64,000 nt of DNA from Candidatus Latescibacterota bacterium (GTDB lineage Bacteria > Krumholzibacteriota > Krumholzibacteriia > WVZY01). Positions 30,587 through 40,821 of this stretch are shown one piece after another. The stretch is from NCBI GenBank assembly GCA_963791045.1, contig CAWBQK010000003.1, forward strand, positions 32,001 through 96,000, written 5' to 3'. The position numbers and the translations under genes are program-made. Positions within the stretch are counted from its first letter, which is position 1; the number at the start of each line of letters is the position of its first letter. The notes under the pieces are model-generated. The model saw only the letters and a list, made by a program, of their open reading frames with translations. It did not search any database and was not told the origin of the DNA.

Positions 30587-31291
30587 ATGACAGCGAGAAC
30601 GGTGCTTGTCGTCGACGATGAAGAGGATATTCTCGAACTTCTCGATTACAATCTCTCAAGAGAAGGGTTTCGCGTACTGAGGGTCACGAGCGGCGAAAGG
30701 GCGCTCGAGGTCGCCAAATCGGAAGCGCCGGATCTGATCGTCTTGGATCTGATGCTCCCCGGCCTCGATGGGCTCGACGTGTGCCGGCATCTCAAGAAGG
30801 ACGAAAGCACGGCGGGTATTCCCGTTGTGATGCTTACCGCCAAGGGGGAAGAGTCGGACATCGTTCTCGGGCTCGAGCTTGGGGCTGAAGACTACGTGAC
30901 AAAACCGTTCAGTCCGCGGATTCTGGTAGCGAGGGTGAAGGCGGTTCTGCGACGTCAATCCAGGTCGGAGGTGGAAGACAAAACGCCGATAAAGATCGGC
31001 GAGATCGAAATCCACCCGGGGCGTCATGAGGTTTTTGTGGACGGAAAATCCGTTCAACTCACGTTTACCGAATATGAGATTCTCTCGTTTTTGTCCCGCC
31101 GGCCCGGCTGGGTATTCACCCGTTACCAGATCGTCGAAGCGGTACGCGGCGATGACTACGCCGTAACGGATCGATCGGTCGATGTTCAGATTGTAGGCTT
31201 GCGAAAAAAACTTGGCAGTTCCGGGAGCTATATTGAGACGGTTCGTGGCGTCGGTTATCGGTTCAAGGAATCGACGGAAGACGACAATTAA
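30587..31291 (+). CDS. phoB: OmpR-family response regulator, PhoB/PhoP
   Basis: VVDDE, DLMLP, MLTAK, KPFSP, DRSVDVQI, IETVRGVGY. Upstream of PhoR, a phosphate porin and PhoU. Confidence 0.88.
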   Translation: MTARTVLVVDDEEDILELLDYNLSREGFRVLRVTSGERALEVAKSEAPDLIVLDLMLPGLDGLDVCRHLKKDESTAGIPVVMLTAKGEESDIVLGLELGAEDYVTKPFSPRILVARVKAVLRRQSRSEVEDKTPIKIGEIEIHPGRHEVFVDGKSVQLTFTEYEILSFLSRRPGWVFTRYQIVEAVRGDDYAVTDRSVDVQIVGLRKKLGSSGSYIETVRGVGYRFKESTEDDN

Positions 31292-31343
31292 TAACGCGTG
31301 ACTCGAGGCAGAGTAACTCGACGAGATCAAGAGACCAGGACCT

Positions 31344-33116
31344 ATGCACCGAAAACGCATTCTTTGGCAGTTGTATCCGGCATTCTTGCTGGTATCGATT
31401 TTCCTTCTTCTCGCCGTGACGTGGTATTCGTCGCGGGCTTTCAGAACATTCTATCTGAATGAGACCGTCGCCGATCTTGAAGCGAGAGCACTCATCTTTG
31501 AGCATCACGTCGAAGAGCCATTGACACAGGACGACTGGACGGCGGTCGACGAACTTTGCAAGCTCCTCGGCCGGGAGTCTGCAACACGGCTGACCGTCAT
31601 CCTGCCCACCGGCGTCGTCGTCGGTGATTCAGATGAAGATCCGGCGAGGATGGAAAACCATTCCGATCGGCCGGAAATCATCACCGCCGCAACGACGGGT
31701 GAGACGGGCAGTTCCATACGATACAGCAGCACACTCGGTACGCGAATGATGTATGTCGCGATACCGATCCCCGGTACTGGGAGCCCGGCTGCGGTGGTTC
31801 GCGCCTCGGTTCCCCTGGGATCGCTCGACAGCGCACTCAATGGTATTTATGGAAAAGTCGTTTTCGGCGGCCTCGTTATCGCGCTAGTTGTTGCCGTCGT
31901 GAGTTTTGTGATAACGCGGAGGATCACGCGGCCCCTCGAAGAGCTCAAACGTGGGGCGGAGAGGTTTGCCGAGGGAGATCTCGCTACCCCCCTCGCCGTC
32001 CCCGACTCGGAGGAGATCGGGAGTCTCGCCAAGGCGTTAAACCGGATGGCCGTACAACTCGACGAGAGATTGGCCGGGATGATTCGGCAGAAAAACGAAC
32101 AGGACGCGGTTCTCGCGAGTATGGTTGAAAGTGTGCTCGCCGTTGATTCGGAGGAACGGGTAATCAGCCTCAACCATGCGGCGGCCAAACTGTTCGATGT
32201 CGACCAGGACGCGAGTCACGGCCGACCGCTCCAGGAGATAATCCGGAACCCCGAGCTCCAAAAACTCGCGGGCGATACCCTTCGCAGCGTCGAGCCGATT
32301 GAAGGCGAAATGACGATCTACGATCCGGAAGAGCGGTTTCTCCAGATTCACGGTACGGTACTTCGAGACTCGCGAGGGGACAATATAGGCGCCCTCCTTG
32401 TTCTCAATGATATCACCAGACTCCGGCGACTCGAACGAGTTCGCCGCGATTTTGTCGCGAACGTTTCTCACGAACTAAAGACTCCCATCACCACAATCAA
32501 AGGGTTTGTCGAAACGCTGTTGAGCGGTGCGGTGAACTCTCAGGAGGAAACAAAACGATTTCTCGAGATTACCGCGAAGAATACGGATCGCCTGGATACG
32601 ATTATCGAGGATCTGCTCGCGCTCTCAAGACTCGAGCAGGATACCGACAAAGACGACGGACTGTTCGAGGCTCGAAAGATCTCGGAGGTTCTTCGCCCCG
32701 CCGTCGATGCGTGCCGCCCCCGTGCAAAGTCGCGGAGTATCGACATCGAGGTGCAGTGTGATGACAATCTTGCGTGTGAAATCAATCCGAGGCTGCTCGA
32801 GCAGGCCGTTGTAAATCTCATCGACAACGCCATTAAATACAGCGAGCCGGGCGGTGTTGTCGCGGTGACCGCGCGGAAGTCGGACACAAATGTGGTAATT
32901 TCCGTTGAAGATCATGGGTGCGGAATCGAGAAGCGCCATTTGCCTAGATTGTTCGAACGTTTTTATCGAACAGACAGGGCGAGAAGCCGAGAGATGGGTG
33001 GAACGGGGCTCGGTCTCGCGATCGTCAAACATATCGCCATTATTCACGGCGGGCGCGTTGGCGTTGAAAGCGTGGTCGGGAAGGGGAGTGTCTTCACTAT
33101 TTATCTGCCTTTGTGA
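31344..33116 (+). CDS. phoR: Sensor histidine kinase PhoR (HAMP, PAS, HisKA, HATPase)
   Basis: MENHSDRPEI, DFVANVSHELKTP, NLIDNAIKY, FERFYR.D.ARSR..GGTGLGLAIVKH. Confidence 0.9.
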   Translation: MHRKRILWQLYPAFLLVSIFLLLAVTWYSSRAFRTFYLNETVADLEARALIFEHHVEEPLTQDDWTAVDELCKLLGRESATRLTVILPTGVVVGDSDEDPARMENHSDRPEIITAATTGETGSSIRYSSTLGTRMMYVAIPIPGTGSPAAVVRASVPLGSLDSALNGIYGKVVFGGLVIALVVAVVSFVITRRITRPLEELKRGAERFAEGDLATPLAVPDSEEIGSLAKALNRMAVQLDERLAGMIRQKNEQDAVLASMVESVLAVDSEERVISLNHAAAKLFDVDQDASHGRPLQEIIRNPELQKLAGDTLRSVEPIEGEMTIYDPEERFLQIHGTVLRDSRGDNIGALLVLNDITRLRRLERVRRDFVANVSHELKTPITTIKGFVETLLSGAVNSQEETKRFLEITAKNTDRLDTIIEDLLALSRLEQDTDKDDGLFEARKISEVLRPAVDACRPRAKSRSIDIEVQCDDNLACEINPRLLEQAVVNLIDNAIKYSEPGGVVAVTARKSDTNVVISVEDHGCGIEKRHLPRLFERFYRTDRARSREMGGTGLGLAIVKHIAIIHGGRVGVESVVGKGSVFTIYLPL

Positions 33117-33164
33117 CGCTTTGGCCGTTTGCCTCCGTCGATATGAAGGCGCCGCACAACCCCC

Positions 33165-33203
33165 CTAACAAAATTCTAACTTTTCTCTCACACGCAATTA
33201 ACA
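33165..33203 (+). promoter_or_regulatory. Four Pho-box-like direct repeats at 11-bp period
   Basis: CTAACA (33165), CTAACT (33176), CTCACA (33187), TTAACA (33198), upstream of the porin gene. Confidence 0.7.
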
Positions 33204-33313
33204 CCGGTCACGCATTATCCGCCCCGACATACATGACATGGGAGATTTGGAAACGGCGGATTCAACGCGGCTCCGTCGAACGTCTACACTACTCTTCAAA
33301 GGAGGGGGAATTC

Positions 33314-34549
33314 TTGAAGAAGCATATCGTGTTCGCATGTGTGCTGGCTTGTGTTCTCACGCTCGCCGTAGCGTCCCACGCCAAGTCCGAACTTCAAGCT
33401 TCCTGGGACAAGGGACTTCGGTTTAGTTCCGAAGACAAAGGTTTTTCGCTCAAGCTCGGTGGCCGTATCCAGAACGACTGGGCATGGTTCAACCAGAGTG
33501 ACGAGCATCTCGCTGCCTACGGCAACTGGCAGGATGGAACGGAATTTCGCCGTATCCGTCTGTACATGTCGGGCAACGTCTACAACAACATCATCTTCAA
33601 AGCCCAGTACGACTTTGCCGGCGCGAACGATCCGGGCAAGGAAGTGTCCGTAAAAGACATGTACATCGGCTACAAGGGCATCCCTTACGCCGGCACGTTC
33701 GTCGTCGGGCATCAGAAAGAGCCGTTCGGCCTCGAAGTACTCACAAGCAGTAAATACGTGACCTTCATGGAACGTTCACCGCTGACCATTTTCGACTCCG
33801 AACGAAATATGGGGATGGCTTTCCAAAATGCGTTTGCGAACAAGCGCGTCACGGTTCATGCCGGCGTGTTCAAGACCACCGACGACGGCGGAAAGGGCAC
33901 CGGCGACGGACGCAACGCCATTACCGCGCGTGTCACGGGACTTCCGTGGTACGACAAGGATCAGAACGCTCTCTTTCACATTGGTGGAGCTTATTCTTAT
34001 CGTTCCGTCAAGGATGAAGGGGAATGGGCGGTACGTCCGAGTTCGCACCTCGCCGGCAAAATGATCACCACCGGTGACCTGATGATCGAAAAGATCAACG
34101 CGATGGGTCTCGAAGGCGCCTTTGTTTACGGTCCGTTTTCCGCGCAGGGCGAGTACAAGATGTTGACGCTCGACGCTCCGATGAATGACGATCCAAGCTT
34201 TGGTGGTTTTTATGCTTACGGTTCTTTCTTCATCACCGGCGAGAGCCGTGCGTATAAAACGTCCCGCGCCGCGTTCGACCGTGTGTCTCCCAAGAAGGAT
34301 TTCCTTGGAGACGAGAAGGGTCCCGGTGCGTGGGAAGTCGCGCTCCGCTATTCTTTTGTGGATCTCAATGACAAGGAAATCTACGGCGGCGAGCTGGCCG
34401 ATATAACGGCGGGCGTCAACTGGCACCTCAATCCCAACACGCGAGTAATGTTCAACTACGTCTATTCGACGGCCGACAAGGTTGGAGAAGAGATGGCCGA
34501 CAACGGCGCGGTCAACATTTTTGAGACAAGGTTCCAGATCGATTTCTAG
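33314..34549 (+). CDS. Phosphate-selective porin, OprO/OprP family
   Basis: Signal peptide, LGGRIQND, EFRRIRL, KEPFGLE.LTSSKY.TFMER, GAWEVALRYS, GVNWHLN, C-terminal FQIDF. TTG start after a GGAGG RBS. Confidence 0.9.
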   Translation: MKKHIVFACVLACVLTLAVASHAKSELQASWDKGLRFSSEDKGFSLKLGGRIQNDWAWFNQSDEHLAAYGNWQDGTEFRRIRLYMSGNVYNNIIFKAQYDFAGANDPGKEVSVKDMYIGYKGIPYAGTFVVGHQKEPFGLEVLTSSKYVTFMERSPLTIFDSERNMGMAFQNAFANKRVTVHAGVFKTTDDGGKGTGDGRNAITARVTGLPWYDKDQNALFHIGGAYSYRSVKDEGEWAVRPSSHLAGKMITTGDLMIEKINAMGLEGAFVYGPFSAQGEYKMLTLDAPMNDDPSFGGFYAYGSFFITGESRAYKTSRAAFDRVSPKKDFLGDEKGPGAWEVALRYSFVDLNDKEIYGGELADITAGVNWHLNPNTRVMFNYVYSTADKVGEEMADNGAVNIFETRFQIDF

Positions 34550-34720
34550 ACTAGCTATCTGAAATTGTTTTGCTCCTCAGGCACTGTTGAGATGGCGGGG
34601 CCGGTGTGTCCCGGCGGATGAATTATGGATTTACAATAGTGGGTCCGCCGCATACTATTTTATTGTATTACAGGTGAATGCGGGCGTGCGCGCCCGAAGT
34701 CTCGAGCAAGGTGGTAGAAA

Positions 34721-35383
34721 ATGCGGCTGCGCCGCGACATCGACAAATTGAAGAAAAACATCCTCGCGCTCAGTGCGGTTGTCGAGGATTCGGTTCGGAA
34801 GGCCGTTCTGTCCGCCGAGAACCGGGATTCGGTAATGGCTCAATCCGTTATCGAACGGGACAAGGAGATCGATGCAATGGAGGTCGATCTCGAAGAGGAG
34901 TGCCTGAAGATGCTGGCGCTTCACCAACCGGTCGCGATGGACCTTCGTTTCATTATTGCGGTTCTGAAAATTAACAATGACCTCGAACGGATAGGAGATC
35001 TGGCGGCAAATATCGCCGAGCGTGTCATCTATCTCTCGGAGCACCAGGATGTCACCATTCCGTCGACGATCACCCAGATGATGGAAAACGTGCAGCCGAT
35101 GCTCGCAAAGAGTCTCGACGCGCTCGTAAACATGGACAAGGCGCTGGCAACGGAAGTGCTGACGCTTGACGACGTGGTTGACGAGATTCACCGTAACGCC
35201 TATCTGGGTATCCAGAGCCGAATTAAGGAGAATCCTGAAAACCTTGCCGTTCTCATTCAGTGGATGAGCGTCTCGAGGTGCCTCGAACGAATAGCGGACC
35301 AGGCGACAAATATCGCCGAGGACGTTATTTATATGTTGGATGGTGAAATCATCCGCCACCAGGGTGGGGCCACGGAAAAATAG
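34721..35383 (+). CDS. phoU: Phosphate signalling complex protein PhoU
   Basis: LALHQPVAMDLR, DLERIGDLA.NIA, LERIADQATNIAE. Confidence 0.95.
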   Translation: MRLRRDIDKLKKNILALSAVVEDSVRKAVLSAENRDSVMAQSVIERDKEIDAMEVDLEEECLKMLALHQPVAMDLRFIIAVLKINNDLERIGDLAANIAERVIYLSEHQDVTIPSTITQMMENVQPMLAKSLDALVNMDKALATEVLTLDDVVDEIHRNAYLGIQSRIKENPENLAVLIQWMSVSRCLERIADQATNIAEDVIYMLDGEIIRHQGGATEK

Positions 35384-35390
35384 AAGCCGC

Positions 35391-36671
35391 TCAGATTCTT
35401 TCCAGCTCCCGGGCCGCCGCGATGCCTTCGGCCTCGTTCACACGGCTGAGAATCACACCGCCGATGACGAAGAGGACCGCGACGGAGACTATCGCAATCC
35501 GGGGATTCCCGGTCAACACGCCCACCCAACCCATCAAGACCGGTCCAACCACGGCGGCGAATTTCCCAAGCATATTGTAGAATCCAAAGAACTCCGCCGC
35601 CTTGTCCTTCGGAATAAGCCGCGAGTATAGCGAACGGCTCAGCGATTGAACGCCGCCGAGGACGAGGCCGACGGTGACGGCGAGCACGTAGAATTCCGCC
35701 ACATTCTTCATGAAGTAGGCCCAGATACAAACGGCGATATAGACGGCGATCCCAATGAATATTCCCGTTTTCGCACCTTTTTTCTCCCCGAGTTTTCCGA
35801 ATGCGATCGCCGATGGAAAACCGACAAACTGAGTAATGAGAAGCGCGATGATGAGGCTCTTTGCCTCGAATCCCAACGACAAACCGTAGTCCACCGCCAT
35901 TCTGGTGATTGTGTGGACGCCATCGATGTAGCACCAGTACCCCACGAGAAAGATAAAAACCACCCGAAGGCGTTTCAGCTCTCCAAAGGTGCGGGCCAGT
36001 TGCCGGACTCCCTCGACGACGGCCCTGCGGTACCCCGGGATCTGCGGCGGCGCTTCCTTGACGAAGAGAAAAAGGGGAATCGAGAACACGGTCCACCACA
36101 CCGATACGGTGATGAACGACACCCGGACGGCATGGGCCGCGTCGGCGAGACCGAAAAATTCGGGTTTGAGGGTCATTGCGACGTTGACCGCGAAAAGAAC
36201 TCCGCCTCCTAGATAACCCACGGCGAACCCCAGGGCGGATATGAAGTCCGCGCGCCGGCCCGATGTCACGCTCACCAGAAGCGAATCATAAAAGCTGTTG
36301 GCGGAAGAGAATCCGATAGTCGCGGTAAGATAAATGAGGACACCAACTTCCCATTGTCCCTTCGCGACGAAGTGGAGGGCGCCCGTCATGACGATCCCGA
36401 GAAGCGCGAACACCATGAGGAACTTTTTCTTGGCGCCGCCCTTGTCGGCGATCGCTCCCAGTACCGGCGAGAGTACCGCGACGATGATGCTGGCGATCGA
36501 GTTTGCAGTTCCGAGACGGAGTGTGCTAGTCACGGCGTCGGCGCCCGAATTCAGATACTGTTTGAAAAACACTGGGAAAAAACCGGCAACGACGGTTGTG
36601 GAGAACGCCGAATTTGCCCAGTCGTAGAGAACCCAGCCGAAAACGCTCTTCTTGTTTTTGGTATCGGGCAT
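35391..36671 (-). CDS. MFS transporter (UMF1/Atg22-like)
   Basis: WVLYDWANSAF, GYLGGG, QSLSRSLY..LIP, EFFGFYNM.GK. Confidence 0.9.
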   Translation of the reverse strand: MPDTKNKKSVFGWVLYDWANSAFSTTVVAGFFPVFFKQYLNSGADAVTSTLRLGTANSIASIIVAVLSPVLGAIADKGGAKKKFLMVFALLGIVMTGALHFVAKGQWEVGVLIYLTATIGFSSANSFYDSLLVSVTSGRRADFISALGFAVGYLGGGVLFAVNVAMTLKPEFFGLADAAHAVRVSFITVSVWWTVFSIPLFLFVKEAPPQIPGYRRAVVEGVRQLARTFGELKRLRVVFIFLVGYWCYIDGVHTITRMAVDYGLSLGFEAKSLIIALLITQFVGFPSAIAFGKLGEKKGAKTGIFIGIAVYIAVCIWAYFMKNVAEFYVLAVTVGLVLGGVQSLSRSLYSRLIPKDKAAEFFGFYNMLGKFAAVVGPVLMGWVGVLTGNPRIAIVSVAVLFVIGGVILSRVNEAEGIAAARELERI

Positions 36672-36825
36672 AGTCTGTGACGGGTGAGGGACGCAGGTTA
36701 ACGCTGCACAAATGCCGACCGGTGCGGGGCGGCCCCGCGGCGGCGCATTCCGGTCCGGAGATCATCCCCGAACCCGGCCGTTGTGTCAATAATCTTGAAA
36801 AAAGGAGTTCGCCGCGAATTGCTCT

Positions 36826-36854
36826 TTGATTTTTACCCCCGAATGTAATAAAAT
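36826..36854 (+). promoter_or_regulatory. Putative sigma70 promoter of acs
   Basis: TTGATT-N17-TAAAAT. Confidence 0.5.
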
Positions 36855-36932
36855 GCGCGGTTGAAACCAATCCCTTCAATTTTTTTAATACATACCTACA
36901 GAAAGATGGGTAAAAGGAGGATAGGGCTGCTT

Positions 36933-38886
36933 ATGGCTGACAAACAGTTCGACAGCGTTATGGATGAGGTGAGGAAATTCGAACCCTCGGAGGAGTTCAA
37001 AAAGGGTGCGCACATTTCCTCAATGGAAGAATACCAGAAGATGTTCGACCAGAGCATCAATGACCCCGAAGGGTTCTGGGGAACTGTTGCAGAAGATCTT
37101 CATTGGTACAAGAAATGGGACAAGGTCCTCAACGAGGATGAGGCTCCATTCTACAAATGGTTCGAAGGCGGAAAGACCAACATGTCTTACAACTGCCTCG
37201 ACCGTTATATGGGTACCCCGACACAGAACAAGGCCGCCATTATTTTTGAGGGCGAGCCGGGTGACGAGAAAGTTCTCACCTACCGCGATTTGTGGCGTGA
37301 GGTCAACAAGTTTGCCAACGTGCTCAAGAAGCTCGGTGTCAAGAAGGGCGACCGCGTCGCGGTTTATCTGCCGATGATTCCCGAGCTTCCAATAACGCTT
37401 CTCGCGTGCGCGCGTATCGGCGCGATCCATTCGGTGATTTTTGCCGGATTCTCTGCCGAGTCAATCAAAGACCGCGTGCTCGACAGCCAGGCAAACCTGG
37501 TAATCACGTCGGATGGCGGGTACCGTCGCGGCAAGGTTCTCCCGCTCAAGGATATCGTTGACGAAGCGGTCAAAGATGTTGACTGTGTCAAGAACGTTCT
37601 CTGTTGCCGAGCGCTCGGTCGACAAAGAGTATCCGTGCTCGATGACCGACGGTCGCGACCACTGGTACCACGATATCGTCAAAGAAGTGGACAACCTCTG
37701 CGAGCCCGAACAGCTCGACGCCGAGGACATGCTCTTTACGCTTTACACAAGCGGTACAACGGGCAAGCCCAAGGGCATCATCCATACCACCGGCGGGTAC
37801 ATGGTCTTCACGTACCTCACCACCAAGTACATCTTCGATATCAAACCCGAAGACGTCTTCTGGTGCACCGCGGACATCGGCTGGGTCACGGGACACAGCT
37901 ACATCGTCTACGGCCCGCTGTCAAATGGCGCGACGTGCGTTCTCTATGAAGGCGCTCCGAACTCGCCGGACGAAGGCCGCTTCTGGGATATCACCGAGAA
38001 GTACGGCGTTACCGTATTCTATACGGCGCCCACGGCGATCCGCGCATTCATGAAGTGGGGAGACGAATTCCCGCAGAAGTACGATCTCTCGTCACTGCGT
38101 CTTCTTGGTTCGGTCGGCGAACCGATCAACCCCGAGGCGTGGATGTGGTACCACAAGCTCATCGGTGGGGAAAAGTGTCCTATCGTCGATACGTGGTGGC
38201 AGACCGAGACGGGTGGAATTCTCATTACACCTCTTCCGGGCGTCACGACGACCAAGCCGGGTAGCGCAACCTTCCCGTTCTTCGGTATCGACGCGGCGAT
38301 TCTCAACGAAGCCGGCGAAGAAGTGGATGCGGGCCTGCTCGCGATCCGCAAACCGTGGCCGGGAATTCTTCGTGGGATCTACGGCGATCCGGAACGGTAC
38401 AAGCAGACATACTGGTCCAAGTGGCCCGGTGTGTACTTCCCAGGCGACGGCGCCAAGAAGGACTCGGAGGGTTACTATTGGATCCTCGGCCGCGTCGATG
38501 ACGTGGTCAACGTGTCCGGTCATCGGATTGGTACCGCCGAGCTCGAAAGCGCTTTTGTCGAGCACCCTGCCGTGGCGGAAGCCGCGGTTATCGGTATCAA
38601 GCATGAGCTTACAGGCCAGGCCCTGGCTGCGTTCCTGACGCTTCGCGGCGGCATCGAGGGTGACGACGCCCTCTTGAAGGAACTCAAAGACTGGGTCGGA
38701 AAGAAGATTGGCAAGTTCGCCATCCCGGCGAAGTTGATTTTCACCGCCGATTTGCCCAAGACCCGTTCGGGCAAGATCATGCGGCGTCTCCTCAGAGACA
38801 TCGCCGAAGGCCGTGCCCTTGGTAACGTGACCACCCTCGCCGACGCGAGTGTTGTTGACGCGCTAAAGGACAAATACACGGACTAG
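36933..38886 (+). CDS. acs: Acetyl-CoA synthetase, one apparent frameshift near 37605
   Basis: [49 protein letters not shown]. The two halves are in ORFs 36861.. and 37513.. Confidence 0.93.
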
Positions 38887-38901
38887 TTGATTCAAAACGG
38901 G

Positions 38902-38948
38902 AACTCGGTGGCGCATGTCTGTGTACAATGCGTCACCGAGTTTTTTTT
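38902..38948 (+). terminator. Intrinsic terminator after acs
   Basis: AACTCGGTGGCGCAT...ATGCGTCACCGAGTT followed by a T run. Confidence 0.75.
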
Positions 38949-39004
38949 GTCGCTATGGTCACTCAAGTTGTTTTGGGAGCCGACGCTTCCTGGAGGTCAA
39001 CCGT

Positions 39005-39430
39005 ATGAAACGTTTCCTTTCGTTTTTATTGCTGGGCACGCTGGTCATCTTTTTGGGGACCGCGCTTGCCGGCAAGAAATGTGACAAGAGCTGTTCCGAG
39101 TTCTCCTCTTGTGTCGGCGCCAAGGGCAAAGTGGTCACGCTCGAGGGCGAGATCGTCGAAGCCGGTTGTTACCTGGCCAGTGGTGAGATGGCCAAGGACA
39201 ACGCCGAGTGCATCAAGAAGTGCGCGTCCGAGGGAATGCCGCTGGTCCTGGTTACGAAGGACAATGCCGTGTATCTGATCGTCAAGAATGCGGAGACGGC
39301 AAAAGCCTACGAACAGACTATCAAGCTTGCCGCTGAAAAGGTCGAGATCAAGGGGATCGTCCGTGACAAGGACGGACTCAAGGCCATCGCGGTTACAGAG
39401 ATAAAGCAGCTGGAGCTTGCCTCCAAGTGA
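39005..39430 (+). CDS. Secreted Cys-rich hypothetical protein
   Basis: Signal peptide (ALA|G), GEIVEAGCY, CIKKC..EGMP; GGAGG RBS. Confidence 0.75.
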   Translation: MKRFLSFLLLGTLVIFLGTALAGKKCDKSCSEFSSCVGAKGKVVTLEGEIVEAGCYLASGEMAKDNAECIKKCASEGMPLVLVTKDNAVYLIVKNAETAKAYEQTIKLAAEKVEIKGIVRDKDGLKAIAVTEIKQLELASK

Positions 39431-39454
39431 TTCGCTGAACAGCATATTACAGCG

Positions 39455-39488
39455 AAAAGGGGACACTCATCGGGTGTCCCCTTTTTTT
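39455..39488. terminator. Bidirectional intrinsic terminator
   Basis: AAAAGGGGACAC-TCATCGG-GTGTCCCCTTTTTTT between convergent genes. Confidence 0.85.
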
Positions 39489-39510
39489 GGAGAAGCTTCG
39501 TCGGTAGTGC

Positions 39511-40530
39511 CTAGTCGTCCCAGCTGAGCATCCCGCCGGACTGGTATTCGGTCACCCGCGTCTCAAAGAAGTTCTTTTCTTTGCGGAGATCAATCACTTC
39601 GCTCATCCACGGGAAAGGATTCTTTGACCCGTATACCTTCTCAAGGCCGATTCGCTCGAGCCGTCTGTCGGCGATGTACTCGATGTACTCGCGAATAACT
39701 TCCGCGTTGAGCCCCAGCACTCCTCTTGGCAGGCAGTCTTTCGCGTATTCGTACTCGAGGTCGACGGAGGTCACGATGTGCTCCGTGATTTGTTTCTTGA
39801 AGGAATCGGTCCAAATCTCGGGGTTCTCCTGGACGACGGTGTTGATGAGATCCGAGCCAAACTCGAGATGCACCGATTCATCCCGGAGAATGAACTGGAA
39901 CTGCTCGCCGACGCCGACCATTTTGTTCTGCCGGAGAAAAGAGAGCATCATCACAAATCCCGCGTAGAAAAAGATACCTTCCATGATCACGTAGTAACCG
40001 ACGAGATCGTTCACGAAGCGTTGGATGTTGTCGCTGCCGTTGGTCGAAAAGCCGGGGTCCAGGATGGACTGTGTGATGTCGATGACATACTGATCTTTTT
40101 TGCGGATGCTGGGGATGTCGAGGTACATGTTGTACACCTCGTCGGGGCTGAGCCCGAGCGTGTCGCAGCAGTAGATAAATGTGTCGGTGTGCACCGCTTC
40201 TTCGTACGCCTGGCGGAGAAGATACTGACGGCACTCGGGATTGGTGACATGGCGGTACACGGCGAGAACGATGTTGTTCGCCGTGAGACTCTCCGCGGTG
40301 GAGAAGAACCCCATGTTCCACAGAACAAGCCGCCGCTCGTCATCTGTGAGCGCCGTGGGACTCCGCCACATTTCGACGTCTTTTTGCATGTTGACTTCTT
40401 CGGGTGTCCAGTTGTTGGCCACGCCCGTTTTGTAATGCTCCCGCGCCCACGCATACTTCATCGGAAGTATTTTGTTCGGGTCGGTGGCCGAACAGTTGAG
40501 AATCCGCTTGTCCTTATTCTCCGAACTCAT
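39511..40530 (-). CDS. nrdB: Ribonucleotide reductase small subunit R2 (class Ic-type signature)
   Basis: NWTPEEV, FFSTAES, EEAVH, EGIFFYAGF, RDESVH, NFFETRVTEYQ. Confidence 0.95.
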   Translation of the reverse strand: MSSENKDKRILNCSATDPNKILPMKYAWAREHYKTGVANNWTPEEVNMQKDVEMWRSPTALTDDERRLVLWNMGFFSTAESLTANNIVLAVYRHVTNPECRQYLLRQAYEEAVHTDTFIYCCDTLGLSPDEVYNMYLDIPSIRKKDQYVIDITQSILDPGFSTNGSDNIQRFVNDLVGYYVIMEGIFFYAGFVMMLSFLRQNKMVGVGEQFQFILRDESVHLEFGSDLINTVVQENPEIWTDSFKKQITEHIVTSVDLEYEYAKDCLPRGVLGLNAEVIREYIEYIADRRLERIGLEKVYGSKNPFPWMSEVIDLRKEKNFFETRVTEYQSGGMLSWDD

Positions 40531-40695
40531 TCGATATCCTTTCATAATTCGCATGACTATCATGACGCCGCGGGTTCGTCCGGCGCAGTCTTTCTTTGGC
40601 CCTCGCTCCGCTTCGCTCGGCTATCCCCTTCGGGGAGGATCCTCGCTCGCTCCCGCGAAAGGGCCTTTCGAAAGACCGCACCGTCCTCTCCGAGA

Positions 40696-40785
40696 GCAGG
40701 CACGGGTGGCTGCTCTCGTTCTGGGTTGTTGAAGCCTCTGAGCATGACAACCCGCACTTCGCTTCGCTCGCCGGTGGGGCCCCCG
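40696..40785. repeat. ~90 bp dispersed intergenic repeat, copy 2
   Basis: Matches 12826-12915 at 84/90; lies between nrdA and nrdB. Confidence 0.85.
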
Positions 40786-40821
40786 CGCACGTCGAGCGTA
40801 GCGGAGTGCGGGCAATCGCTG

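Noticed and set aside
37590-37620. Programmed frameshift in acs
   Set aside because: No slippery heptamer or stimulatory structure is evident, and the window has many similar indels.
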